Origin: Dimorphilus gyrociliatus
Taxonomy: Eukaryota; Animalia; Annelida
NCBI GenBank assembly: GCA_904063045.1
Contig: CAJFCJ010000002.1
Span: 4,211,891-4,275,890, forward strand
Length of the DNA: 64,000 nt
Direction of reading: 5' to 3'
The notes beneath the pieces were generated by a model. It saw nothing but the letters and a program-made list of their open reading frames with translations. It was not told the origin of the DNA and did not search any database. Shown one piece after another: positions 28,101 through 41,983 of this stretch (the stretch's first letter is position 1; each line of letters begins with the position of its first letter). The translations under genes were made by a program, and so were the position numbers.

Positions 28101-29316
28101 ATTCAAAGTTAAAAGCGATGGCCTTTATTCTTTCAAGTATTTACATTTTAATAATAACGTATTAAAGAAACGCTCCGACTTGCTTACGCAAAGAAGATAG
28201 CAATAATTGTTCCTGTGAATATAGATAGTTTTCCAACAAATAATACTGTAATGACGGGCAAAATAGATATTTGGTGGATTATACGTTCGTTTAAATAGTT
28301 AATATTATAAAGAAAAATGCTATCTAATATTTCTCCATTTTAAGATGATGGTGGAATGTTACTATTGTTAGCGTTTTTATTAAAGCAACATCCTGTATGG
28401 AAAAAATGTCGCTTAAGAATCATAACAGTTACAGGTAACTTTCATTTGAAGGATATAGATGAAAGAGTAAATTAACTTAATCGTTGCTAATTACTTTATA
28501 GCAAAAAAATCGACTCCGGAAGAGCTAATCAAGCTAAAAGAAAAGATGTTAAAATATTTGTACGAAATTCGTATTGATGCTGAAGTACTTGTTGAAGAAA
28601 TTTCTGTCCAAAACCTGCAAGCATATGTTTCCATTGTTAAATCGAATAAGAAAAGGGTTAAAAGGTCAATAAGTACAGCAGTAAGTTTAATAAATTATAG
28701 TAAACGGGATTTACATTAATATTTTAGTTATTTCTCCTCTCTCTTACTTTCCTTTTAGCTACAAGATATTGTTGAAACGGTTCGAGGAGTATCCCAGGAA
28801 GAAGAGGATGATGAAGATGACGAAGATGATATCGCTTTTAAGTCTGACATAGAGGAGAGTCAAGGTAAAAGCTATCTGATTATCTTACTTGTCTTTAATT
28901 TGGGTGAACAAAATAAAAGAAGTCATTTAGAACTTTTTTTTTCTTTTTTGTTAGTTAAGGAAGATATTTTCGAAAAAGACGAAGATGAAGAAGATAAAAG
29001 TTCAAGTAGCGATGAAATGATTCATTGGCGCATGGAAATAGCGAAGAAACTTAACGAAAGCGTAAAAAGCATGTCGGCCCAATCAAGTTTAATTCTTATG
29101 AATATTCCTTCTCCACCTAATCTACAGATTAGTGAACATTTAATTAGAACATGTAAGCTATTTTTAGTTACTCACGTTAATTCTTATTTACCTGAAAGAC
29201 TTACCATTTCCCACTGTTAAATAGATATGAAATATTTAGCTTGTCTAACTGATGGACTACAAAGAGTTATGTTAGTTCATGGATCTGGAACTGAAGTTGT
29301 TACTGGACTTCAATAA
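25138..29316 (+). CDS. Cation-chloride cotransporter, divergent K-Cl cotransporter (SLC12A4-7-like), multi-exon
   Basis: Motifs [74 protein letters not shown] and C-terminal [18 protein letters not shown]. Exons join with canonical GT-AG sites. The stop ends at 29316. Confidence 0.95.
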
Positions 29317-30889
29317 AGAATATTTTTTTTATTATTAAGAGAATACAAAATGTATTGTAAAGAAAAATAATAATAATACTTATAGTATTAACAATAAGAC
29401 ATAGAAAAATCAGTTTAGTTTTTTAATTAACCCCGTTAGTATATCTATAAATAGAATGATAAATATATGCAAAGTATTCAGAGATGTTATCAATCGTAGA
29501 AATATAAAGGAGAATATATAGAGTAATTTTCCATATTTTTCCAGAAAGTTTCATATCAAATAATATAAACTTAGCAGTTTTCCGCGATCGATAACCTACA
29601 AGTTAAATATAGAATATCATTTCTTAATCTAAAACTCGTCTATAAAGATGATAAAGATCTACTTAAGATTGAAATTATGTTGACAAAAAGAAATTACCCT
29701 GACTCTTTGATCCTTCTTGTTTAATGCTTATTCATTCTTGAAAAAACATTTTGTTATATTCCTAGAATGTAAAAATAAAGACGTCAGTCTATATACTTAC
29801 CCGTTATAATTAGTCTGAGTGATAAAATGTTAATTTTCCCTTGTTTAAAAAGTTTGTTCTTTCAATTATCTTATTATTTCCTGCACGATTAATAAAACAG
29901 ACGGTTGATAAGATTGTTAATAATTATTGATGTTGAAAGGAAAAGAAAATGAAGAATTGGCCTCTTTTCCTTCTTTTAGATATTTGTTTGCATTAAATCA
30001 GAGTAAATTTATATTTCTATAAACAGCATGTATATATACGTACATATGAAGTGTTATTTGGTAAATATCCAGTTTTTCACTTCCCCATCTCCAACGCGTG
30101 TTCTTAAAATGAAAATACTATACAAATAAATATCTTCTATATATATGACTTTTATTATATTTATGCCCTTTGTTTCTTGTTTTTCATTATTTTGTCTAGA
30201 TTATTGCTTTACACTGACATTTCTGTAAATATAATCTGATGGAAGGTTATTCACCCTAAAACCATAAAGAGTCATTGAAGGAAGTAGATACACGGTAAAT
30301 TTTATCCATGTAATAAAACTAATTAACCCTAATTTTTTAAATATCTAGTTCTAAGAAACTTTCTGTCTGGAGTGTTATTTTATATTGAAAAAGAGTAAAT
30401 GTAGAATAGGATAAAATTTATTTTGCGGTACTTTTGCGGTGAACGAGATAACATAGATGGAACATGAATTATGAAAATGAACGCTATTTTTCATATAATT
30501 TATGATTAAAGATAATGTTAAGAAACTCTGAAAACTGGCTGACGTTTATTCCATACCATCGTGTGCTGCGTGGAAGAGAATATTGGGTGGATTAGGTTTA
30601 TCAGCTAAAGCTGGTTAAGATTTCACTTGATAATTTAAAAATATCTAGAAATTTTGAGATACTTAATATTCATAGTCAAGTAAATAGGATCCAATAAGGC
30701 AGGAAGATAGTATTTCAAATATTTTGCAATGAATGCTACTTTTTCTTATATTGAATTGAGAATGCTTTGGTAAACACGGATATATTTTAAATATTGAAGG
30801 AAATGGGAAATGCTGAGATTTAAAGCTACTTTAATGGTTTAGATTATAAACATATATCTTCCCTCTAGATAGTTTTAGCGTATTCAAAA

Positions 30890-30965
30890 GAAAGAGGGGA
30901 AAAGAAAAGGAGGAAGAGGGAGAAGAAGGATGAGGAGGAGGAGGAAGAGGAGGAGGAAAAGAAGC
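30890..30965. repeat. Purine-only (GAG/GGA/GAA) low-complexity tract
   Basis: Directly visible. Confidence 0.85.
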
Positions 30966-31063
30966 TTTATTAATTATTAATGTCAATTATGACGTTGATC
31001 AATAATATGTGGATTTAAAGAAGACAAAAGTAAAGTTTCGTTATCCAAAGCAAAGAAACGTCA

Positions 31064-31075
31064 TGCGCATGCGTA
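31064..31075. promoter_or_regulatory. NRF1/Ewg-like motif TGCGCATGCGTA
   Basis: Near-perfect match to YGCGCAYGCGCR, in an isolated CpG-containing spot within AT-rich intergenic DNA. Confidence 0.45.
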
Positions 31076-31121
31076 CTGAGCATATTATTATTATTATTAT
31101 TATATATACATATATTAATAA

Positions 31122-31159
<38 letters not shown>

Positions 31160-32955
31160 CTATATATATACTGTATATAAAATTTATGTAGGGTTATTTA
31201 TTAATAATGCAGAGTAGAACTTGAAAGATTTTAATGTTTGTTGTGGGTGGGCAAAGTAAAATTCCAATAATGTATTTCTCAAAATTTTGATATCTCCTTA
31301 AAGGTAATTATTATTAAATTTTCCAATCAATATACACCTGAATAGACTAACCCTTTAGATCTATTAAATCCTCAATAGAAATTTTTATTAAATAAACTAT
31401 AACTATATCAAAATTTTGTAGTTTCAATATAAAAAAGTTGTTGTTGAAGTAAACTTTGGCATTAAAAATATAAATATTACATAAAGTTGAATCGAGAAGA
31501 AATGAAATTAGTCCTGTATTGCTGAAATTCTGATACGAATATCTTCAAAGCAGCTTTATTTTGGACACTAATATTATAGATGTAGAGTTAAATAGAAATT
31601 ATAATCAGAATAAGTTGTATATTTTTTCAGAATGCGAACATTCATTAAAGATATTTTGTTTAATCAGAAGTTTTTGGTTGGAAATCATACATAGCTGTTA
31701 TATTCCATAAAAAATTCAAATTGTAAACAAATCTACAAGGCTAATTGCATCATGTTTAGTTTTGTTTCGATTGAAAAAACAAAACAAAAAAAAAGTTACC
31801 TATTAGAAAACTGCTGACAAAACATTGAAAACACTACGATGTAAATGGTCTCTAATAATCTTACTAACAATTAACTAATATAGACTTTACCTTTTATGGA
31901 AATTAGATAAAATAAAAAACCAAAATATACCAGAAATATGCAAAAATAAATTGTCTATGTAAGATAACATTGAAATAATCAGTTGTTGTGATATTATAAT
32001 AAAATTCCAAAAAAAAAGATAAAAAAACAGCCCTGAGATTATTGTTTGTCAAATATTCTAATCTAATATACTACTGTGATATAACTTTGTTTTATAATTT
32101 GTTTGTTTTTATGTAGAATTCGTTTTTAGAAAGGTTATCAACCTTCAAAAAGAGAAAGTGTCAAGCCATTTTAAAATCTATATAAAAAACTGAAAAGTGA
32201 AAAGTAACAAATAAAGGTAAGTCAACAAATTGGCTGCTTTAGTTGTCGTTCTTAATCAATTTCATTCTTTTTAGTTTCTTTCTTTGTGCAACTTGAAAGG
32301 CGACTTTACTATGTTTTCTGTTTAGGAAAAAATCACGGATTTGTTTTTCAGCAATGGTATAAATTAAAATACTGTAGATATATATTATATAGTTAGATAT
32401 ATTCCACAATATATTATATAATACATTTGAATAAACATAAATTTTAATTGTATTAAAGCAAAATATCTTGTTTGCTGTAATTATGCCTTCAATGACTACT
32501 TTTAGAAAAATTAATTAAAATTAATGTATCTTATTTAAAGCTACAAGTACAGATATATAAATATATACATGTATATTATAATCGTTTTATATTTATGCAT
32601 AATATATATTTAGCTGCTAGACCAAACAATAACGTTGTAGGCCTTTGTTGAATCTTATACATAATGCTTTGTACCATACAATGAAGTTATTAGCTTTACT
32701 AGGAGGAGGATAGTTTGCGCTTCTGAAAATATAATTACAGATTATCTTTAGAGTATTTAAACCTTTACTCATACCTTTTTCCACTGATAATGATGAAGAT
32801 ATTACTTAAAAGCGAATATACTTTAAAAATAACCACACAGCTTTCCTTACATTATATATTTTTGATTGTTAGTTCTAAAGCTAGTTTAGATTGTACGAGA
32901 GTTATAAAAAGAGAGGAGAATAGGCGATTCTTTTTCTTTAAACACAAAGAGAATA

Positions 32956-32999
<44 letters not shown>

Positions 33000-33179
33000 C
33001 AATCTTGCTAATAAACTCTTACTAAACTTATCAATAATAAATATTGCATAAGATTTTCTACAAACAGTCAAATGAAAATTATTCCATTATCCGTCCGGTG
33101 AGTGACTCTCTCTCTGCAAGGTGGCGCTGTAAAGGTTTCTGTAAAAGTCTACATTACTAATTCTCCAGTTGTCACAATC

Positions 33180-35987
33180 ATGGAAAACTCATCCCTACAT
33201 GGAAACTCTACAAGTGACGAATGGTCATATCTACGAATTTCATCAACTCTAATTTATCCTTTAACAGCTCTACTCGCTTTGACGGGAAACGCTCTATCAG
33301 CTTGGGTTTTGATTGCCGGCTCCAAGTCTAAAACAGCTCTATCCAAGTATCTACTAAATTTAACGGCAGCTGATATTTTTATGGCAATCTTTTGTATTCC
33401 TTTCACTTTTGCACAAATAGCATTTAAAACGTGGATCTTTGCTGTTTATCTTTGCCCTGTGGTTACCTTTTTTCAATGTATTGGAATTACAGTTAGCATC
33501 TTTACAAATGTTGCAGTTGGAATAGATAGGTTCGTTAAGAGTTATATTTATCAATTTCTTTACAATTGTATAGAAATTAATAATTTATGACAGCGCGAGT
33601 TTCTGTTTAAATAGATTTAGTTCTACATTTTATAAAATCGTTTTTGTCCTTGGTATAATACATTTCATTATGTATAGACTATAGAAGGTATTATAAAATG
33701 GGCATAATTCCAAATTTTTAAATTTGGCTTTTACCGTGTAGAGATTTTCTTCCGTTCCATTTATTAAGGATAAATAATTTCCGTACTTAAATACTTAGAA
33801 CATCTCATCGTAGCGCTAAGTTTTCTTTTATATATATATATATATATATATCCTTTTTTTATAGTCTTTTGCTAATTATAGATTATGATGCAATCTCAAT
33901 ATCTGAGATAATAATTTTTGGTAAAGACTTCCTGTAATTACTAACCGAAAGAAGGGGTCTATTGCGGAAATCGTAGAAATAAAATAAATAAAGAGCGTAA
34001 AGGAGAGAGAAATAGAGAATGGATAAGTCTTTATTATTTCTCGTTTAGTCGTTTTTAGCACATGTTGCTTCCGAATAAAAATATCTATTAGGTAAGGTCA
34101 ACTGGTTTAGTCTTACTACTTTTCTGTAAAATGCTTAAGTTACGCTTGTATGTATATCATTTTAAGTGCTCCATCTTTTTCATTATAAATGTCATTTTTA
34201 CCGTCAACTTTCAAGGATCCTTTATCTTCGCCACTTACCTAAAAATTTATGAATCTTATGGTCTAATAACTCTATTTATTGCCAAAATATATGATATAGA
34301 TACTATTAATTTTTAGCTTTCTCCCTAAAATAAAGCTAGAATAGGTTTATGGTTAATACGATATATTCTCTTAAATTAATACTTACAGTATTGATATTAA
34401 TAAATGTTATTTCTTTATATCTATGGGTTATATAAAATTTACTTTGACCTAGTGAGGATGTAGAATATCTACTTTCTATAATTTTAGGCAAAAATGATCA
34501 AATCAAAAAGAAGACGAAAATGATTAAAATGATTAAAAGAGTGTAGGAGATATTTTCTGGAAAAGTTGATTAACTATACGGCGAATAAATAAAAGAAACT
34601 GTTTTTTACTAAGCAACAACTAAAAAGCCCTCAACTCCCAACAGTCTTTTTGCAAATGTCCAATAAAATGACTAACTCTCCACCTAAGTAACTGGTAAAA
34701 GAAATTTTCAACTGTTACTATAACGTACTAACTGCTGAAAGTTTCAGTGATACTTTAAAACTTTCAGAAAAGACTTTTCTTTGTATATTTGCTCTCAATC
34801 TCGAGGCAAAAGCGTCAATAGACAGGATAGATAGAGCGCAGAAGTGTGGAGAGAGAAGAATTCTATTTATTTTAACAAATTTGATTATTTTAGATGGTAA
34901 TTTCAAATGTTAGTAAATTATTGCACAGCAACAAATATTCATTGATAAAATAATTACTAGGAAAAACTTATTAGAATATCATTTATATAAAGTGTATATC
35001 CTCTCTCTCTCTTTCTCTCTCCTTCTGTTCCTTTCTTTCTTTCTTTCTTGCCTTTATTAAAATTACTCGTAAAGACTTTAAAAAGAGAGATAGAGTATAA
35101 TAGGCTTCTTTAGTTTCATACAAAATACGTTAAACTATACGTTCTTAATATTAATGTTTATTTGAATAAGAGAAATATTAATATAATAAAGTAGGTCTGC
35201 GATTGATATTTAATGTTGAAAAGACATTAGCTTAGAGGCTGGTTAACATTTCAGGTTGATTGCCGTCAAATTTCCATTATATCAGACTGTTACTGGAGCG
35301 AGATCGAATGTTATATTGGTAGTTATCTGGTTTCTCTCGATTAGTATAGCTATACCACCAGTTTTGGCTACTAAAGCTGTTAGTGTTTTTCCCAATAATA
35401 CAGATTATATGTGGTGTACTGAGACATGGCCGGAGTCTTCGAAAAAAATTTTTACCCTCTTCTTTTTAATAACAACTTACTTTTTACCATTGACAACATT
35501 ATGCTTTACGTACACGGTCATTGGAACACTATTGTGGCAAAGAAAAGTTCCTGGTATAGCTCTAAAGACCCGGGATGAAGCTCACACAAAGTCCAGTAAA
35601 AAAGTTATAAAAATGCTTATCGTAATCACAGTAGCATTCGCAATTTGTTGGGCGCCTCTAAATTTTTTTCACCTTATTAATCATTTTAAATCCGAAATCA
35701 TCTCTGATAAATATGAAATTTTTGCTATTACTTATCTAAGTGCTCATTGGATAGCCATGGCTCATTCTGCTGTAAACCCTTTTGTTTATTGTTTCTTGTC
35801 AGAAACGTTTTGGTTGGATTTGCGGTGCCTTCTGCAAAAACGTTGCAGAATTGGAAAGAAAACGAATTATCATATGAAGGGGGGAATAAATTCCTCGTTA
35901 ATTAGAACGTCGTCCAGAAACTTGGATTCAAAGACAACAGGAATTCAGAGCTGTGAATTAGAACATCTCAGAGCCTATAAATCCTGA
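33180..35987 (+). CDS. Class A neuropeptide GPCR (tachykinin/leucokinin/luqin-RYamide-like group); 2 coding exons: 33180-33529, 35255-35987
   Basis: TM1 GN, TM2 NLTAAD...PF, TM3 Cys and D-R|L with a phase-2 intron inside the DR codons, ECL2 WCTE, TM5 YFLP, TM6 CWAP, TM7 HWIAMAHSAVNPFVY. The N-terminus has N-glycosylation sequons. Confidence 0.95.
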
Positions 35988-38821
35988 TGAGATCTTAAAA
36001 TAGTTGTTATGAGATTCAATACAAAGAAATTTGATTAATAACAAAATTATTGGCATTGATTAATAAAGCGAAAATATTGTCGAATTTGTCCTGTTCTATT
36101 ACCATTCTATTGAAAATTCAATGACTAAGCATTAATTGGATTTCATATTTCATCTAATCTATTCTTCGTGTTCCTATTTAACCAAATTGAAAAAAAACCA
36201 ATTTTTAACAAGATTTTAGTATATGAACGAGACGATCAAAACAACTTTCCAAACCTTGTATTTCTTTATGTAAATCGTTAATAGATTTGATGAAATTTCT
36301 TATCTAAAGATAAGGAAAAATTGCAAATAAACTGTGCCATTTTGTATATATGACTACTTGTATTATGTTGCATAATCTAATAAAAAAATTCGTTTCTGTG
36401 AGTAATTAAATGTAGTTAAAGAGATGACATCTTCGTTTTTCTTGGCTTTGAAAGTTCTCGTACTATTTCTTAAAATAAATTCTAAAGAAATAGAATAGAA
36501 ACAGGAAATATACATTTAATAAATACAAATACATTGTTTTCCTTAAAAAGTTAACTAATAAAAGATGTATACAAAATATTAAATGAAGAAAGGGTTGTAT
36601 TTAGAGTATAACTGACGTAATTCAGATGTTGTGCGTTGTTAATGTTAATAAATTTTATGCTAATATATCGAATAAAATTAGACAAAATATAACCTTCTTT
36701 CTTTCTTTCTCTGCCCGATTTCGTTAAACAATTGGCTTCATGTAATCAATTTTAGATGGTTTAATATTTTCTTTTGATTAAAGTTAGAAAGTCACAGGAA
36801 GGATTCTCTTTTCTTTGGAATTAGAGACGATAAGAAATTCCCTTTTATTTTTCCCCGATGATGAAAATGCTGCTAATTTCTTATCCGTTTCGACCATCTG
36901 ACACTCCATTAGGATAAAACCTGTTGTAGATGAAGCATTTTTAGAGTAATACAATCATTTTTTCTATATTTACGAACTGAAATGATATTTTATTTTCTCC
37001 TCAGCCCCTTTTTTCAATAATGAATTTAAACCAATTTTTATTACTATAAATTATATTGTAACTTATAATATTCAAGTTTTCTCAATGGATTTTTCTCAAA
37101 ATAACACGCCAATCTAATGTGAAAGGAAATTAGAGAAGTAACCCTGAATGATTCCTATTAATAGATTACTTAGTAAAAACAATTACATCTATTTGCTGTA
37201 TTCACTCTTAGCCTGTCAGCGGACTGTTGTTAATTTTTCAAACAAGTAGTTTTTTTTAGTTATACAGCTTAGAACAGTGTTATCTTGATAAGGTTATTAT
37301 TATGTTTTTTATAATGTATATATAGTACACTATATACTAATATATATATATATATACTGTATATTCCAATTTGTTACCTTAAAATAGGAAATAATAAAAA
37401 TTACATCCAACCATAATTATTAATCATTAAAAGGTTCTATTCTTTTTTATGGAGAATAGCAGACATCTTGTATAATTCTTCTATTATTATTATTGTTATT
37501 CTTTTTGTGTACACGCCAAATATATCTTTTTCATCTTCTTTAGTTAAAAAAGAAACCTGTCTAATTTTAGAATATGTAAATATAAAAATAGAGTATTATT
37601 TGGGAACTAATTATTGTTATCTACCTTACTACGAAAAAACATAATACTATATTATGTTAGCTATGAAGTTGTATATGATTTACTTATTCTGTATTGAATA
37701 AGCTAAAAAAAATTCTTGTATAACTAAAAAGAGAAAGTCTATTCGTTTCGTAAAAGAAAACTTGATTAGTAAATTCTTTCAATTAAATTAATTACTTGCT
37801 ACAATAGATAAAAAGAATCTATTTCATTTATATACACTATACAATGTACTTTTATGTTATATTGCATTTAGTTTGAAGAATTTACATTGTAGCATATAGA
37901 GAGTATCTAATATACAATTGTCTATAATATCAAAAAATATTAAGTGAAGCTTAACGGAAGACAAGCAAAGATTTTACAAGAAATATTATTGAAAAAAAGA
38001 AAGTATCCCAAGACCATATAGGCAAAGCCCTCAATAGAGAAATTAAGATAATCAATGTGGGAAATTGATAAGGAAAATCCTTAGCAGATGTATTTTATTT
38101 TGTAGGAAATTAAGCTGGGAAAATATCAATTTGTGAATTTAAATATAAATTTAGTTGAAGGAATAGAACTATTATAATTATAAAACTTTAAAGTTTCTAT
38201 TATTTCCCCTATGATACAGAATTAGTGAAAAGTTACCAAGGCGAGATTCTAGTTTATCCCTAAAAGAGGTTACACCTGTGTATTACAAGAATATACACTC
38301 TTAATGCATGTAAAAGTGACAAATTTACTTGATTCGTGATATGTTACTACAAAGAAAAATACGATAGAGAAAATAATCTATCTTAATGAAATTATGATTA
38401 TTCTATCCAAATAACCATCGTGAACGTACTCTCAAGGAAAGATTATAATAGAATATTGCATAAAAAGTCAGATAAACATTTTAGATTTAGAGATTTATCC
38501 ATTTCATCAGTTCTTAATTGTATATTAATGTTAAGACATTTGGAAAATTGAAAGTATACAAGGGTTTCTTAAAAAAACGCTTTTGTAAACCATCCTCTAA
38601 GAGAAATCGTACGTCTTGTAAATTTCATGCTATGTAGTTAAATTAGTGAAGAAAAACTTCGCTTGTAAGTACTTTAGAAAATATTCTTTAAACTTTTGCG
38701 AAATAGTTAAAAAACCGGTTACTAGAAGGCGTTACCAGTATGACTAGATAGAAAACAAGACAATGTTACTGGCTATAATAATGTTACTATTTACTTGTTT
38801 TAAGAATAGCAATAAAAGAAT

Positions 38822-40269
38822 TCATGATCTAACAAAGTTTAAACTAGAGTACAGGTCATTTTCAGTAACAATAAGTTCCGATTGACGATTATTAATTATA
38901 TTATCTGTACTGCTTTCGTTCCTTTGTCCTCCATTCGTATCATCAAGTCCCTGAATTTCAACATAATCATTTGCTTCTCCAAATTGTGAAATAGTTGATT
39001 CTACATTCTCTCTTCTAGTTACAATAGAACTCGGCTCTCTCTTTGAAAAATTTCCACTATGAAGAAAATCAAAGAGTCAACGATTTTTTACTTAATTAAC
39101 CTTTCTTAAGTCTAATTATTACCTAAAGTTCTTGTTGTATTTAGCTTCTAACGAATAGTTCTTTACGTTTTCCTGTTGCTCAGGGAGGCTGGGGCGACTA
39201 TTACATCTAAATGAAGTAGTAAGATCTTCAGTGTCGTATTCTTCCTTAATTTCACACTGGGGTTCAGGAAGATAGGCGTGATTTTCTCTCCCAGTCGATT
39301 GTGGTTCTTTCTTTGGGCTTTTACTACATCTTTTGTTAAAATATTAATAGAAACTAAACATTAAAATATAAGAAATATCTGACCTGCAACAACATAATAA
39401 GACAAGTATTATTGAAACTAGAAAAATTCCCCCAACACAACCCAAAATAATTTTTAAGAAGAGGGGAAAATTGCTAGAGTCATCTTCCTGGTCATTTCTT
39501 TCACAAACAATATAATCAATGTCAATTTCAAATCGACTCAACTTGAAATATATTTTACTAGAATTAAATAAAGGATCTTCCGCACCCTTATTTTCACTAT
39601 CATCTCCTTTCATTAAATAGAAAAATGAAAGACCCAACCAACCAGTATAACTTGAAGAGTTGTTCCAACTAGGTAAAAAAGAATTGTTCTCATGACACGA
39701 CTTTGAAGCTTTATCCCAATTCGCTTTCTTGAAAGTCTTCTTATCTATATTATTTGAATTTTAATTAAAGATTATATACAATTTGTATAATTCAATAGAT
39801 TACTTATTAAACATTCGTATTTGTGAATATTTGAACAATTATTAATTCTAAGTATTGAATTAATATTTACTGCGCAGACTCGTGTATAACCATAGTCGAT
39901 ATTTCGATTATAGATATCATAAAATTGAGCTTTTTCTAAACTCTTACCTAAAAACAGTAATTATTGAAAATATACTAATGAACAAACTAATTGTTTCTAT
40001 TTTTTACCATCTTGAAAATGCAAAGTATTTAACCAAAATATTCCTGAAATGTTAAATCTCTCTATTTCTTTATTAATAGAATCATAATCTTCTTTTGAAT
40101 AAATTTGAGGTAAAATTTTGGAATGATCTTTGCAGTAGTCATTAGCTTTTTTCCAACTGATATTCTCCTTATTGTTTAACAAAGATATTGTAAACTTTTT
40201 TCCTCTGGCAAACATACACAAATATAAAATGGAGATCAGCCAAGCTGTATGCTTAACCATTGCTTTCAT
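38822..40269 (-). CDS. Type I membrane protein with two truncated C-type-lectin-like modules and a Tyr-motif cytoplasmic tail; 4 exons: 40269-40008, 39744-39384, 39329-39123, 39056-38822
   Basis: Signal-peptide-like start, then ISWKKANDYC...LPQI...FWL and ANWDKASKSC...LPS...WLGL. These are followed by a TM segment (IILGCVGGIFLVSIILVLLCCC) and a tail with ENHAY, NYSL, DYVEI and LYSSL. Exon phases are consistent. Confidence 0.8.
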
Positions 40270-41057
40270 TTAGTTGATAATAGATATTATATACCATCAA
40301 ATTACAAAGATACCAATTAGCTTTTATCATTTATCGTTTAATCCTAAAAGATGTTAACCAATTATTTAAAGAGAAGAGAAATATTCAGTATTTTAAATCC
40401 AAGCACATATTCTTTAGTATTGTACCTTGCACGACTAGTATTGTTCCTTTTATGCTGTAATAATAGTGTACAATGTCCCTTAATACTGTCGGCCAATTAA
40501 TTGAGAAGTAATATTTTACTGTACCGTTTCACCTGCTTAAGAATAACATAAGCCTAAATTGACAATATTTTTTTTATGTATAAATACATATGCATATATA
40601 TATATATATATACTAATACATATATATATATATATATATAATTACGTCATGTATATATCTTTCTTGAATTGTATTGCACCAAGTGATCTTTTTCTTATTT
40701 ATTTGATAGAAAGTGCTATCCTCTACAAAAATTTGAGTGTCTTCTTGTAGGCTAAAAAAAGACTAATATGTAAAAAGCCGACAGAGTCTAAAAATAGAAT
40801 AGGAAATTTATAGTCTACAGTCTATATGCAAGTTCTACAAACAAATTAACAATTTTTAAATTGTCTATATAAAATCTTTGTCTACGTTTGTGCTTTATTA
40901 AATATTTCAACTCACTAGGACAAATATAACAAATATGGCATTAAAGTCATTACTTTAATTCTTTAAATAAAGAGTAATAATAGTAAAGAATAAAAAGTGA
41001 CCATTTTCTTTCAAATTGATTTTTGCAAATAATGATATTAGTATATCGTTCTTTTTA

Positions 41058-41983
41058 TTAAATCATTTGAATTTGACCATTTTGATGTGATCTGTTAATA
41101 TAAATATCATTTTTTATTCTATTTTCGTGTTGTTGTAATTTTTCATTCATTAAAGAAATTCTTTTTATTTTTGCTTTTAGTTTTATTTCACCATGTTTCA
41201 ATTTCTTGGTTAAAATCTGAAAATAAGATAACAAAATGAAAATTTGTTAATCAATTATAAATATAAAATTAAAAACTTATACAGTAATTTCATTCTCTAA
41301 ATAAGTAGTATTTTCACATAATTTACAATTCTGTTCTTGTAATTTTACTAATAATTGCTCTTTTGCAATATTATCAGCCTTTAAATTTTCGTATTCCTTC
41401 TTATTTTCTTCTTGATTTTTTAAAAGGACCCTAATTTTTTCATTCTGTAAAGTTTATTTATAATTTTATTAATATTGCAAAACAATCTTTGACTTACCAA
41501 ATCTATTATTTCTGATGTTTTTGAATCTATTTCCTTATCAAAATCAATAACCGCCTCTTCAAATTTTCTAGATTCTAATGAATAATTATTTTTTTCACTA
41601 TTTTTACTATTAAAATCTTCCTTAAAATGTTCGAATTCATTTCGTAAAGCATTTAATGCTCTATCGAATGTTTGAAACTTATCAGTCATAAATGTACTTA
41701 AGTCATTCAATTTTGATGATTCTATATAAGCTGAATCTTGATCGTTTGTTTCCTGTAGTACAATCATTTTTTTTAATATAAAGAATATTAAAGTATTACA
41801 TCTTTTAAAGAATACTTTAATACATACTGCAATTCTATGCTTTTCCATGATTATTTGGTCTGAAAAATCAGCAACCATAGTGGATAAGTGGGTCACATTT
41901 TCCATTAATTTTTGCTGATTCAATAGGATATTTAATATCAAGGGATGATAATCTGAGATACTTGAATTTATTAGACTATCCAT
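41058..41983 (-). CDS. Uncharacterised coiled-coil protein (about 4 exons)
   Basis: An ORF with heptad-like K/E/L-rich sequence. Short GT-AG introns join the exons in frame (IA|ETNDQ, IDL|NEKIR, EIT|ILTKK) to a stop at 41058. Confidence 0.65.

Noticed and set aside
36780-36950. Short minus-strand open frame with a plausible acceptor between the GPCR and the lectin-like gene
   Set aside because: It is under 60 codons, with no recognisable motif and no partner exon identified.
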